From positions 128,154,001-128,218,000 of the forward strand of contig OZ024741.1 of assembly GCA_964016885.1 (NCBI GenBank): 64,000 nucleotides of DNA. The letters run 5' to 3'. The translations under genes were made by a program, and so were the position numbers. This document shows positions 13,191 to 27,140 of the stretch, piece by piece. The notes under the pieces are model-generated. The model was not told the DNA's origin, did no database searches, and was given only the letters and a program-made list of their open reading frames with translations. The stretch comes from Eledone cirrhosa (lineage: Eukaryota). The stretch's first letter is position 1. Each line of letters begins with the position of its first letter.

Positions 13191-14111
13191 GTTCTTCTGG
13201 TTTTATAATTTCACAAATGTTTACCAATAGAGAGAGAGTCGGTTTCTAACATAGTTACAAGATTCTTTTATAGTAATTTACACAACATCAACTAGGTAGA
13301 TATGTCTGCATGCATGCATGTGTAGGTATGGATGTTATTGTATGTGATGATGTGTATGTTTTGAGTTGTATGTGTGCATGTGTATATACTTTGTATCTGT
13401 ACATGTGTATGTATATGCAGTTATTAGATGTAAAACTTCTGGAATGTTTTACATATTTTTACTGTTCCATTAATGGATTGTACTTGTAATTTCTTAACTG
13501 GTTGTGTTCTTTCTGTTCCTGTGAAGCCCAGCTTCTCAAGATTTGTATTGAGGCAGTTACTAACATATCCCAGTGCCCCAATAATCACAGGTATAAATCT
13601 GAAGGTGTAATCAGGGTGGAGTATCTGCAGATTTCTCATCAGCTCTGCATAAATATTCTCCTTTTCACTAATCTTTGATATTGGCATCTGCTGGGTAGCT
13701 AACTTCCACTACTGTGCATGTTTTCTTCTCCCTGTCCCATATCATAATATCTGGTCTGTTATGCCTGCATTTTATTGGGGTTTTTACTGGAACATTCCAC
13801 CAGTACTCTTTCATATTATGTATATGTATATGTCTTCCCCATTGCTGTAGCTTTTAATGTGTTTATTGTCGCGGCTATCTTTTCTATTGATTGCCACTAC
13901 ATCATGCCTCATAGGTAGATAGTACCGCGATGACATCTTTGGACAGCTGCCTATGACATGGGTGACATCTTCGTTGTTAATTCTGCAGAGTCTGCACTTG
14001 TTATCACATCTAGGTGTTTTGCCTGCATCCCTATCTCTTTTGTGAATCAGGTATTTCGTGTTGATTTCCTGTTCCTGGATTGCAAAAGCGTATCCTTCAA
14101 AGTGGGAGTCA

Positions 14112-14112
<1 letters not shown>
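13191..14112 (-). mobile_element. RLE-type non-LTR retrotransposon 3' fragment
   Basis: AIQEQEINTKYL, CRLCRINNEDVTHVIGSC (CCHC), RHDVVA, RPDIMIWD, VVEVS and KENIYAEL. Homologous to 3786-4556 and bounded by (tatg)n on both sides. Confidence 0.82.
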
Positions 14113-14142
<30 letters not shown>

Positions 14143-14184
14143 TGTATGTATGTATGTATGTATGTATGTATGTATGTATGTATG

Positions 14185-14499
14185 TATCTCTTTCTCTTAA
14201 TTTCGAGCATATTTTTTTGACCGGCCACCTTCCTGGTGGCAAGGTTGTTAAAGAAAAGAAATTGTCATCCCTTGAATCGCAAGAATGTTTTGCAAATTTT
14301 GAAGGTGCCAGCTGTCGCAGCCATTTGTAGACTATGAATTAGGGAGCTGCTCTTTTTGTCCGCAAATCCAAGTTCAGTCATACTTTGGTCCAAGCGGGTT
14401 GGTGTATAACCCGTAGCTCCAATAATGATGGGTATGAAGCTAAAGGTGTATCTTGGATACTGGATTTGTAAACTCCTCATCAATGGTCCGTAAATGTCC
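14185..14499 (-). mobile_element. Short RLE-type 3' fragment (same subfamily as 12232-13180)
   Basis: MRSLQIQYPRYTFSFIPIIIGATGY. Lies within (tatg)n. Confidence 0.75.
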
Positions 14500-15234
14500 T
14501 ATGTATGTATGTATGTATGTATGTATGTATGTATGTATGTATGTATGTATGTATGTATGTATGTATGTATGTATGTATTTGGTTACCAAATTATTACGCT
14601 GAAACTAGTCAACCTGACTCTATGGTAAAACGTACTTTGCTCCAGATGCCGGGTTTGTGGGATTGAATCTCTGAAACGATGTCATTGCGAAGCGAACGCC
14701 TTAATCACACATTCATACCTGCATCATAACTGCGTCATACCCCACTCTTACCACCAATCCCTAGAGAGAAATAGGGGAAGTAGTGGTGGTGGTGGTGACA
14801 CTGACACTAGTTCTGGCTGTAGTGGTGGTTGTGGTAGGAGGACGTGGCAGTTGATAGTGAGAGGGTGAGAGGTAATTTTGATATTTACCTTTTTTCTACC
14901 TTCTACACTTCTCCTCCCTCATCATTCTACATCCATATTCCTTACCCCTTGCTCGGTATGTGTCAGCCAACAAGCAAGTTTTTTTTAGGGTTAAAAGAAT
15001 GAAGGGTTGGTGGGGAGGAATCCACCTTTAACCTGTCAAGCAATAAACTATTCTGATGTCATCGGTTACCTGCACTCGAGCTGGGGTGGTAGTGGTGGAG
15101 GGAGGGAGTGGAAGCGTTGTATCGGTTGGGGCAGCGGTAGGTAGTTATGTAGGTAGACGGTCATTAAGAATGTCAAGATGTGGTGGTCCCCAGACCAGTT
15201 TAGCTCAGTTACAATGGTGGACGGTGGAGGAAGG

Positions 15235-15270
<36 letters not shown>

Positions 15271-15507
15271 GAGAGATAGGGAGAGAGAAAGAGAGAGAGA
15301 GACAGATATATATATATATAGAGAGAGAGAGAGACCTTGTAGGTGAGGCAGATTTATGACCCAGCAAATTTTCACACCCCACCGACCCAACTCGTCGTTT
15401 CTGCCCCTCCCCTCCCTTTCAATCCTCACTCTACCTATCACTTCACATTCCAAGGTGCGAGAAGGGACCGTTCTGTGTATGTGTGTGTATATATATATAT
15501 ACATACA

Positions 15508-15540
<33 letters not shown>

Positions 15541-15703
15541 TTGTGTAATTATATTTAAGAATGATGGTAGTAGTGGTGTTGGTGTGTGCAATGGTGGCGG
15601 TGATGTGTGCGTGTCTATATCATGAGAGCGTGTGTACTCTATGTGTAGAAATGATTTACTAGATTTTCATTACCCTCTCCCGATATTTTCACGCAACACA
15701 CAC

Positions 15704-15736
<33 letters not shown>

Positions 15737-15836
15737 CATATTTAACTATAGAGACATGAACGGCTACACAAACATATTCACACACTCACATATAGTTTTC
15801 TATCTATATGTATATTTAAATATAGATACATGCACG

Positions 15837-15888
<52 letters not shown>

Positions 15889-16071
15889 ATCAGTGCTGGA
15901 CTTACTTTAAGCTAAATAAACTACAGCTTAAAGCCACACACTCGCGGGTGGGGGGGCTCATTTTAAAAACCATATTTATATTTTATCATTAGCTTTTATT
16001 CTTTAACATTAAATCATATATATGTATTAATCAAATATGTATGTATATGTATACGTATATATATGTATATA

Positions 16072-16322
16072 TAGAAAGTGAACACCACAAAATATAACTA
16101 CCCCATTGCCAAAGGTTTCTGGATCCCAGAAAATATTAATATACGTCTGGATCGGTCATCAGCTGTCTGATGACCGATCCAGACGTATATTAATATTGTC
16201 TAGGGTCCCGAAACCTTTGGCAATGGAGTAGTTATATTTTGTGGTGTTCACTTTCTAATTAAATAGTTCTGTTCTGTACATAGAGCACTCTTTTTTCCTT
16301 TGCTTTTTCTTCGGAATTACCT
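16072..16322. mobile_element. Fold-back element family D with truncated hammerhead-like motif
   Basis: Arms 16072-16162 and 16167-16257 fold exactly at ctgatga (16167). A long stem II precedes gaaa at 16210. Stem I is lost and the triplet is non-canonical. Confidence 0.55.
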
Positions 16323-16328
16323 AACACA

Positions 16329-16430
<102 letters not shown>

Positions 16431-16740
16431 CAGTTGTCCCCCGGTATTCGCGGGGGTTACGTTCTTAGAGCACCGGCTAAGAGTGAAAAAACGCGAATAC
16501 TTGACGTGGTCCATAAACATCTCTAGAAAGGTCAAAATATAAATTAAAATATAATTAAAAAAAGAGGGAGCATCTTATGCAAAGGGTCATCCAATAAGCC
16601 GGCAAATACGGTATCGTTATTAATAATCTAGCGTTAAAAAGCCATAAAAGATCGCGGAAGATATTTACAATTCTACAGACAATTATTAGTTAGGGTCTAA
16701 GGAAAATTCCGCGAATAACCGGGACCACGAATGCCGTGGG
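16431..16740. mobile_element. Pogo/Tigger-like MITE, degenerate
   Basis: Starts TA|cagttgtcccccggtattcgcggggg. The far end has inverted ccgcgaataaccggg-like motifs. Confidence 0.5.
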
Positions 16741-16964
16741 CTTCAGCAGGTGAAAGTCCGGCCCTGGTATTTATGTAGTCTCAAACACATGTAACGAGGT
16801 TACTAAGAGTCACAACAAAGACAACTACAAAAAGGACCCATGGCAAATCTCTGTTTATATCAAACACGAATCAAAACTGAAATGGCCAGTATAAATTACG
16901 ATATTATTAATCAAATATCAAATACGTGTGCATAGACAACACGGCGTATATGGTATATGGTATG

Positions 16965-17384
16965 GTACCGTAACTCCTGATAGAGCCGTAGGGGTGCCGT
17001 ACTAACCTACGGTGTTTCTTGGGTATTTTTTAAAACCTGGAGGAGCCCATCCCTCTCCTGGTCTGAACACGGTAGATTTCTTCCAGAGAAAGATAGAAAG
17101 ATATATAAAGGAAGAATCAACCCCAGTACTTGACTGGTACGTTTCTTATCGACCTCAAATGGATTAAAGGCAAAGTTGACCTCGACAGGTTTTGAACTCA
17201 GAGCTGAGAGCTTAAACGAATACCGCGAAACATTCTATCCGAAGTTCTAACGAGAGAGACCTTGTAGGTGAGGAATACCGCGAAGCATTCTATCCGAAGT
17301 TCTAACGAGAGAGACCTTGTAGGTGAGGAATACCGCGAAGCATTCTATCCGAAGTTCTAACGACTCTGCCAATTCGTCGCCTAT
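16965..17384 (-). mobile_element. SINE with extra LINE-like 3' tail (composite), with internal 55-bp tandem repeat
   Basis: SINE core at 17115-17384. The 16965-17110 tail is homologous to 62030-62180, which also follows a SINE head. Confidence 0.6.
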
Positions 17385-17397
17385 ACGGCGTATATAA

Positions 17398-17607
17398 AGG
17401 AACGATCGACTTTCGTCAAATCGGACCGAGGGAACAATGTTTCCGTTGGTCTTTCCAATTGCTAATACTGTCTATCGGTCGCAACTCCAGGTAGAAGGAG
17501 CAACGTGAAATAAAGTGTCTTGCTCAAGGACATAACGCATCGCCTGGTCCAGGAATCGAACTCACAACCTTACGATTGCGAATCCAAATCTCTAACCACT
17601 CAGCCAC
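17398..17607 (-). mobile_element. tRNA-derived SINE with 13-bp TSD
   Basis: Minus strand has A-box tggctgagtgg and B-box gttcgattcc, then gtccttgagcaagacactt. TSD acggcgtatataa at 17385-17397 and 17608-17620. Confidence 0.7.
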
Positions 17608-17644
17608 ACGGCGTATATAAGAACCTTTAAAATATATAGATGCT

Positions 17645-18208
17645 GTATAGCTGTGTGGTTAAGAGGTTCGTTTCGTCACCGCGTGCTTTGGGGTTCACTC
17701 TCGCCGAGTGGCACCTTGGCTAAATGTTTTCTACTATATCTTCGGGTTGACTAATGCCTTGTGAGTTTGGTAGATGGAAACTGTGCGGAAGACGAGCATA
17801 AATATATGTATGTGTATAAATATATGTGTATGTGAGTGTGTGTGAGTGTGGTGTGTATGTGTGCGTATGTGTATGTGAGTGTGTGTATATGTGTATGTGA
17901 GTGTGCGTGTATGTGTGTGTGAATGTGTGTATATATCTGTATGTGTGTATGTGTATGTGTGTGTGCGTGTGTGTACGTGTCTGTGTATGTATATGTGAGT
18001 ATGTGTATATGTGTATGAGTGCGTGTGTGTCTGTGCGCATGTGTTTATTTATGTTTACAGTTTGTTGATGTCCCGTAACTTGTAGTTCAATAAAATACTA
18101 AAGAAAACAAAATCAAAATCATAACAAGTAGTGAGATCAATATAATCGATTAAATCCCATGAAGATGGTGCCTCAGCATGGTCGTAGTCTATTGATTGGA
18201 ACCAGTAA
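17645..18208 (+). mobile_element. tRNA-derived SINE with internal (TG)-rich expansion and CR1-like tail
   Basis: Head gctgtgtggttaag...ggttcactc...ggcaccttgg. The tail gtgcctcagcatggtcgtagtc...accagtaa resembles 3668-3712. Confidence 0.55.
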
Positions 18209-18223
18209 TAGAATAAATATAAT

Positions 18224-18440
18224 TGTTTCTACTTTAGGCACAAGGCCAGTAATTTTTTTAAGGGAAGGGGAAGTCGATTAAATCGACGCCAGTGCGTTAC
18301 TGGTACTTTATTTTATCGACCCCGTAAGGATGAAAGGCAAAGTTAACCTCGGCAGGATTTGAACTCAGAATGGCAAGGGCCGTAACTCTATGCGTCAAAG
18401 CATGGTGTCCGACCCTCTACCGATACTGCCAATCCACCAC
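18224..18440 (-). mobile_element. SINE with 15-bp TSD
   Basis: TSD tagaataaatataat at 18209-18223 and 18441-18455. The body is shared with other copies in the window. Confidence 0.8.
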
Positions 18441-20757
18441 TAGAATAAATATAATGAAGGCATAACTACAGTTAATAAGTTGGGCATATAGCCTTTGGGG
18501 ACGTGCGTTTTGGTGTAATGATTGCATATCCGGACTATATACAGCAGTTGTGAATTCGAGTCCCATCAGTGACGCTGTACACTTTTTTCCACCTCTAAGG
18601 ACTTATGCTCAAATTAGTAGACTATTTTTTATAGTAAAAATGTGCCTTGTCATCCTCAACTCTAGGTTAACTTAATCTTAACGCGTTTCTAAATAGGAAG
18701 GTGGACTGCAAAGTTCATTGGCTGAGTAAGGAGGAATGATGCTTGGGCTGTCAAATCTTGCATGCATTAATTTCAACTCTTCTTAGTAACTGTATTGTTC
18801 TTTTTCAGGGACTATGTTGAGAAATAAACCCCATTTGGTCATTCCATGAGAGTATCTTGGTAGGCCTATGAAGTTTTCAGCCGACCCTCGTATATATATA
18901 TATATATTTATTTATTTACGTAGAGCACGGAGCGTATGTGCATAGACACACATGCACCGTGTTGTATTTTGACAGTATTTTATAAGCTCAATGCACGAGA
19001 TCAGAGCCGTTATATTGTCAAGTGTATCACACTAAAGACTATTAAAACTCAGTTACTATATGAAAGTCGAAAAGCCCAAAGATAACATTACCAATACCAA
19101 AATGAGCATTTCTAGTTCAACTGTTTGACCCTCCCTGCTTCGGAACATGCGTGCACTGCCCACTCCCCGCTCTGGTAATACAGGCCGTTCGTGCACGGGT
19201 TGTGGACACAATACTTGCACATTGGGATTATTATAACTCCCTCTACTATGGAACCTATATTTTATACTATCTGATTGAACCCAACCCGGTTGAACACTCC
19301 CCCATAATAGAAATAGTGAAGCTGTCGGGCTTATTAACATATCATTAGGTAACCGAGTTTTAATGGTCTTTCGTATGATACACCTGACAATCCTGGAGGT
19401 CAATTAATAATTATTTATATCGTTTTTATTTGTACAATTCTTATAGTATTAGTATGATTTTATAGATAGTTAGCGTAACATCTTTAATATTGATGACGAA
19501 TGATAATGGATCATATACAACAACTTATTACTATTACGAGGAAGGTAATTCCACTACTCGCCCCATTGGACTTAGTCCCACAGACCCATTTGGGCGTACA
19601 TAGTTAAATAGTCGGACCCCCTCCCCCTAATGCGGGACTTGCGTACACTGCCCACTCCCCACCCTCGATAATAAATACAGGTCATACCGAAATTGAGAAC
19701 ACCGTACTTGCACATTAGGAATTTGTGAGTTTCCTTTACCGTATAATTTAAATCTTTTACTTCTATTAAAACCCAACCTGTTTGAACACTCCCCCATTTT
19801 GGTATTGGTAATGCTATCTTTGGGCTTTTCGACTTTTCATATAGTAACTGAGTTTTAATAGTCTTTAGTGTGATACACTTGACAATGCTGCAGGTCCATT
19901 AATATTTGATAACAATATAGTTTCTATTAGTACGAATTTGTCGAATTAATGTGAGGTTCTGTTGGTGATTAAATATTATTTTTTTATTTACTTTTATTTT
20001 GTTTGCAGTTCAAATTAAATAACCTTATAGATTACAAATTAGAGTAGTCCCCCTTTCTTTACCACTTTTACGTCATTATTTGATGAGTGAAAACGTCATG
20101 AATTGATGTACATTTTTATACCCTTAGCGGCGATAAACGAAGTAACATGTTATATAGAGCCAGATTTATAAATTTCTGCGGGGTATGTAAGCTGTCTTAT
20201 ATAATATCTGTATACCTGTTTGGGCTTGACCCCACCTAGCAGACATACTAGGGTACCTGGTGGATTTAATGATGTGGGCACTTTGTGTTATTTTCTTTTC
20301 TGTTTTGTATATATTGTTTACCCACGTGCTGTTCGGATTGCTGCTGCTATTACCTGGCATTGTTTTTGACGTGTTCGCGACTGGATTGTGTGTGGAGACT
20401 TTGGTTGTATAAAATATGGAACTGAAACTTGAACACATTATGCTATACGGTCTGGGATATTAAACATGTGGGTTTTTTTTATGTATAAATCCAGCATGTA
20501 ATTCTTGTTACTAGATGAGATGTTATGTTTGAGTGATAATATAAATCCAACTATTTTGTACTTTTGAACGATCTACATATGTTGTATAATTTAAACTGAT
20601 TTGTTATCTATTGAGAATCCTATTTCTATATAACCCCTAGACGATCGGGGCATATGTAACCGATTGGTCTAACCTATACGGTTAATATACATGTGTAGTA
20701 ACTCTTTGCCAGATGTGTTTTTACAGTAACTAAAACAATATTGTTGGGCTTTTGCTT

Positions 20758-20915
20758 CAGCTCTATCTTGTAGTAACCCCGCTTTGCTTGTGTATGGCTT
20801 GCTTTTATGTGGTACCTGTCTGTGTACTTGTTATACTCAGCTCTATCCTGTAATAACCCCACTTTGCTTGTGTAGGGCTTCCATTTATGTGGTACCTGTC
20901 TATATACTTGTTGAA
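20758..20915. repeat. 80-bp tandem duplication (2 copies)
   Basis: cagctctatc...ggtacctgtc...tacttgtt starts at 20758 and again at 20838. Confidence 0.8.
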
Positions 20916-21448
20916 CACCCATGGGCTACGTAATTCAAGTACCTACCAGTATTCCTTGTTTATGTATACTAGGGCGAGGATTATAATTACTATGGTCTTT
21001 CTGAAGGTACCTTAAGAACTTCTTAGTGCTTATATAACTATAAGTTACGGAGATCTTATTCACTTGTTTTGGTAGGGACCAGCGCTTAAATTCCTCTGTC
21101 TTTCTATGTGCTTAAAACTTTTTCTTTTTTTCTTTTTTCATTTTTTTTCTTTTAAAATTTTTTTACCTTTTTATTTATTTTTTATCTCTTTATATTATCT
21201 TCCTTTTACTTTTTTATTATGTTTTAACCATTGTTTGTACTTTTTGCTTTTGTGTGCCATCACTTGTATCTGCATCTTGTGAAATCTGCTTGTGCCCTAG
21301 CATTTAGCTGTGGTGCTTAATAACAACCCCAAGATGTACTCTCTCCTTATTCGCCATCTCTGATATCCCTATCTTTACCCTCTTTTGTATTCCAATTGTT
21401 TGTGTGACTAAGCTTGGTAGAGCTTATACTCAGCACTGTGTTTATTAA

Positions 21449-21493
21449 GCTCTGATAAATCCTACCCAACGGTATGGATGAAACATTGTAAGC
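21449..21493 (+). ncRNA. Hammerhead-like motif with variant core CUGAUAA
   Basis: GCU-CUGAUAA-AUCC.UACC/GGUA.GGAU-GAA-ACA/UGU-A-AGC. Confidence 0.5.
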
Positions 21494-21537
21494 AAATAAA
21501 AACTGTTTGAGTATGTAAGTAAGTGTTCTTTGATTTC

Positions 21538-21600
<63 letters not shown>

Positions 21601-21601
<1 letters not shown>

Positions 21602-21878
21602 TTAATATAGAAATGGCTTCTACGGGACTAGAATTGTTTCATTCGGGAGAAATCATCAGGAAGCCGACTGTCCAAGTAGTATGGTGGTATTTATACCTTT
21701 TCACTACCAGGAAAGGTATAAATACTACCATACTACTTAGACAGTCGGCTTCCTGATGATTTCTCCCGAATGAAGCAGTTCTAGTCCCGTAGAAGTCATT
21801 TCTGTATTAAATATTTATAGGCTGCTATGTATTGAGTACCTTACTTACTGTGGTTACCCCCGATTGAACCCGGGATAA
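21601..21878. mobile_element. Fold-back element family A with hammerhead motifs at 21615-21665(-) and 21747-21797(+)
   Basis: About 100-bp inverted arms. Stem I is GGCUUC/GAAGCC with CUGAUGA and a GUA triplet. The right copy has GAAA changed to GAAG. Confidence 0.7.
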
Positions 21879-21880
21879 AC

Positions 21881-21961
<81 letters not shown>

Positions 21962-22417
21962 CATATAAATGACTTCTTGAGGACTAGAGTTTTTTCAAGC
22001 GGGTGTCGCTGGCCTTATTCTGCAGCCATTGTCTGCGAGGCTCAGCTGAAACATAGCACCCCTTCTTTCATTGCTTAATTTCTTTTATTTTTCCTTTTCT
22101 TCTCATATGTATATCTGTGTGTTTGTTTGTGTGTAACAGGTAGTTAAATTCATGTAAATTATGCCCGTGTCATGCGATGTAGTTTACTAACACCACCACC
22201 ATTACCACCACCACATTGTAAACTAAAACCTGTTATATACTCAGACCAAACCACCAGATGAAATTGTATATTCTACTCTGGGTGGAGGTAAGATCTCTTA
22301 AAGACCACCCCCGGGGCTGTATTGAAAGATGGCGAAAGCCTAACAGGCTTTGTAGGACAGCCTGATCACTAGACAGCCTTCCCCACCTGCAGTAGACTTG
22401 CAGTTTATATATATCTA

Positions 22418-23190
<773 letters not shown>

Positions 23191-23851
23191 ACATCTATAT
23201 AAACACACAGAGACATATATGTGTATGTATGTGTGTATGTACATACATATATCTATTTATGCTTGCTTTCAGTTAAGTTCTCTGCAAGGATTTTCCTCCC
23301 TTCTTGTAAAGTTTGATCTCCTAAATTATTTCAATTGTCATTCTCAACTCGACACTTTTATATTCTGTTAATTTTTTTTTTCTTTTTAATAAACCTTTCA
23401 GAAGTGGATAGGGGTAATTCTAAAGTTTCGTCTGGCATGAGAATTTATAACTGACGTCCTATACCGACATTCACTCTCTCCGTAAATGTATAGACATTTA
23501 ATGCTGTTTCGTTTTTGTTATTATTGTTATTGTTTACATAATGTTGTAATATATGTCTAGTTTCTTATTAACTGCGACTGGCATCTGTAAATGGGGTCGT
23601 TGCGTCCCTTGAAATTGTTTTATTTTACCTAAGCTTTGCTGGACATTTTAATGGAAAAGAAAGTTATTATCCAACATTTTTATCTTTCTTTCTTCTTCGT
23701 CTGTCGACCTATTTTCTGTGTAGTACCATTAACATACTGCATATAGCGCCAACCAAATGCATTCTGGGTGTAAAATAGATGAAAACGTTATGAAATCGCT
23801 ATCTAAACATAAGACAACACACATTTACATCCTGACGGAAACTAGCATCAT

Positions 23852-23942
<91 letters not shown>

Positions 23943-23957
23943 ACATATATATATATG

Positions 23958-24138
23958 TTTATCCCGGGTTCAATCGAGGGTAACCACAGTAAGTAAGGTA
24001 CTCAATATTTAGCAAAATATAAATATTTGATATAGAAATGGCTTCTACAGGACTAGAACTGTTTCATTCGAGATAAATCATCAGCTTCCTGATGATTTCT
24101 CCCGAATGAAACATTTCTAGTCTCCTGTAGAAGCCATT

Positions 24139-24146
<8 letters not shown>
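23958..24146. mobile_element. Fold-back element family A, hammerhead at 24084-24134(+)
   Basis: GCUUC-CUGAUGA-U.UUC/GAA.U-GAA-ACA..UGU-A-GAAGC. It folds back at catcag/ctgatg. Confidence 0.7.
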
Positions 24147-24226
<80 letters not shown>

Positions 24227-24439
24227 GTGAATTCCCGATGTATATCAGGAGCTCATCACAGTTAAAAAGGTACTCAACACGTTAGTAGAGAGAATAGGCA
24301 TATTTATTTCAATATAGAAATGACTTCTATAGGACTAGAACTGTTTCATTCGGAAGAAATCATTAAGACTGATAATTTCTTGAAAATCCGTTGGGTGAAA
24401 TGCGCGTCATCAAGTATGGTTTGTTAATTTGTTGTGGAA

Positions 24440-24521
<82 letters not shown>

Positions 24522-24525
<4 letters not shown>

Positions 24526-24724
24526 CGGCGGAAATGTGGTAAAGAACCAGGTGGACCATAACGCACCAAAGTACTCAATACTTAGGGTAGTAGAGTGGGT
24601 AATAGGAACGAGTAGGACCCCGACGACTGAGCTCAAGCCGTTTCGACGGCTAATTCTGGACTAAATTTAGTCCAGAATTAGCCGTCGAAACGGCTTGAGC
24701 TCAGCCGTCGGGGTCCTACTCGTT

Positions 24725-24729
<5 letters not shown>
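24522..24729. mobile_element. Fold-back element family E (64-bp arms, no spacer, centre 24665/24666)
   Basis: Contains the 3' half of a hammerhead (GAA-ACGGC..GCCGU-C-GGGGUC). Other copies lie at 28095-28240, 28490-28560, 39548-39640, 54492-54668 and 55940-56116. Confidence 0.7.
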
Positions 24730-24811
<82 letters not shown>

Positions 24812-24986
24812 ATGATAAATGTGAAGACTAAAATCCGAAGAGGGCTCCAATATATATAAGAACAGATTAAAATTTAAGCAACGAATCGCTGCTTTCACCC
24901 TTAACGGGATCGTCTGAAATATATAGGGCTAATTAAATATTCTTATAGGTGAAGCAGCGATTCTTTGCTTAAACTTTAATCTGTTC

Positions 24987-25062
<76 letters not shown>

Positions 25063-25340
25063 GACGAATCGGTTTCCTGTTGGATTTGTACGTGTGTGTT
25101 AGATAGTTATCAAGGTACGTATTTGCACTGTGATTTATACTTTTAATTATTGTATGTCTACTTTGCTTTCCATGGGCTATAGATTCCATACTCTGGTGGT
25201 TTTTCCCTGTTTGACTGATAACGCACTATCTCTCTTTCTCTGGCGTGTTGTCTTTTCTACATATTGTATTATATATATATATATATATATATACCTTCCA
25301 TATACTGTACCGATTGTGTTGTTATTTATGTTTACCTTTT

Positions 25341-25382
<42 letters not shown>

Positions 25383-25410
25383 TTATTAAAATAACAGATT
25401 AAAGTTTAAG

Positions 25411-25470
<60 letters not shown>

Positions 25471-25472
<2 letters not shown>

Positions 25473-26000
25473 AATTGAGTTCTTAAACACGTGGTTAAAA
25501 TACCTAACAGGCTTCAATGACCAGCGTGTATATTATTTTATATTTTACGATGACCTCCCCTTTCCTTTTGGGGACAGTCTGAAATTTCTTTTTGAGGGAC
25601 TACTGGGCTCTCAAACTTAGCAGTCCTTCTAGCACTGACGGAGACCATCACTGATTATTAATATCGATGTAGTTTTTTATATTGATATTGCCTGGGCATC
25701 AGTGGATACTGATGAGTTATAAGGGCCCACTTGTGTGTATATCTATGGATTATATACAAGCTTCTACATAACTTGGACATTATTTATCCCGCCTTGTAGA
25801 AATCTTATAACGAAACGATCGTATGGAAAGAAAGAGAGATTTATTTAATTATGTCTCATATAAAATAATACAACCAATTATCCACGGAATACTATATAGT
25901 TAGCACCCCAAACACACAATTGGGATTATACTTAGGTATATCCTAATGTTTGTTGAGTGAGATGGAGTTGGTCGGAGTATCGCTTAAGGCTTTCTCTGTT
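25471..26000 (+). mobile_element. ~530-bp repeat family H in (TA)n with long-stem-II hammerhead-like motif (25709-25827)
   Basis: A near-identical inverted copy with the same ends is at 60448-60978. Partial copies are at 28610-28748 and 53570-53800. Confidence 0.75.
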
Positions 26001-26005
26001 TATAT

Positions 26006-26060
<55 letters not shown>

Positions 26061-26749
26061 ACCGATTCAGTTGATTGCTACACGAGTTTCCCCAGCAGGA
26101 AACAGATTCGTCAGACTGAATAAATTGGTTAAGAAAAACAACAGACCTTTCTGTATAAGGGTAAATTGGTTAAACGTTGTATTGCTGACGGGCGGGAGAT
26201 ATTCTGAGAGATATTTACAATGCAAACAGACTTTAGCCATGAGTAACAGAAAAAAAAGATAAAAAGTAAAAAAAAATAGGAAAGAATAATTACACGAGAA
26301 TTTTGTTATTTGTACTTTGTATTGAATAACCTGAAATAGTGTATTTCTGGAATTTTGTATTCTGATCTTTAAACATTTTGAACGTTGTGATTTGCACTGT
26401 ACATTCTGCATTTTGTACACGCATTTGGTAATTATATTCAGCAAATTCAATCTGAAACAGTGAAAAGAGGCAAGATTTTTCTGGAATTCAAGATGTAACT
26501 CAATACATTTGCTGTTGTGTTGTTAACTAAATTCCGATGATTGAGCTGTGTTTCTTTGGTAAGAACAACACCATTCGCCATAAGAATTCAAATAATAAAA
26601 AACACAGAAAAACAACGATACATACATACCTGCATACTTACGCACAAACACACACATATATGAACATAATTAGCTTACTGATTACAAAGAAAGATAATTA
26701 TGAACCGTCATATATATATATGTATATTATGTTTGTGTATATATATATG

Positions 26750-26826
<77 letters not shown>

Positions 26827-27077
26827 GTTTGAGACACCATCACGAACAATGTACGGACATTCCCACAAATATATACGGTGGTACACACAAAACATTATAA
26901 ACAACACAAACACACTCACATGTCTCTCTTTTTCTATATTTGTTTTATCTTTTTCAATCTATCTATTTGCATTCTCCTGACGAAGGACTATAGTCCAATA
27001 CGTTGAACGTCTTTTCTCTCTTTCATCCAAAGCGTGGACCTAATAACACTAATTGTTATTGTATTTCTGTGTTTGTC

Positions 27078-27140
<63 letters not shown>

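Noticed and set aside
17535-17607. tRNA gene
   Set aside because: A and B boxes are present, but it continues into a SINE body with a TSD and has no convincing cloverleaf.
22315-22360. ctgta-ttgaaag...gaaagcctaacaggctt-tgtag as a hammerhead
   Set aside because: Stem III is plausible, but the core is aberrant and stem II is absent.
26065-26120. Minus-strand ctgacga...gaaactcgtgta motif
   Set aside because: Stems II and III are poorly paired, so it is too degenerate to call.
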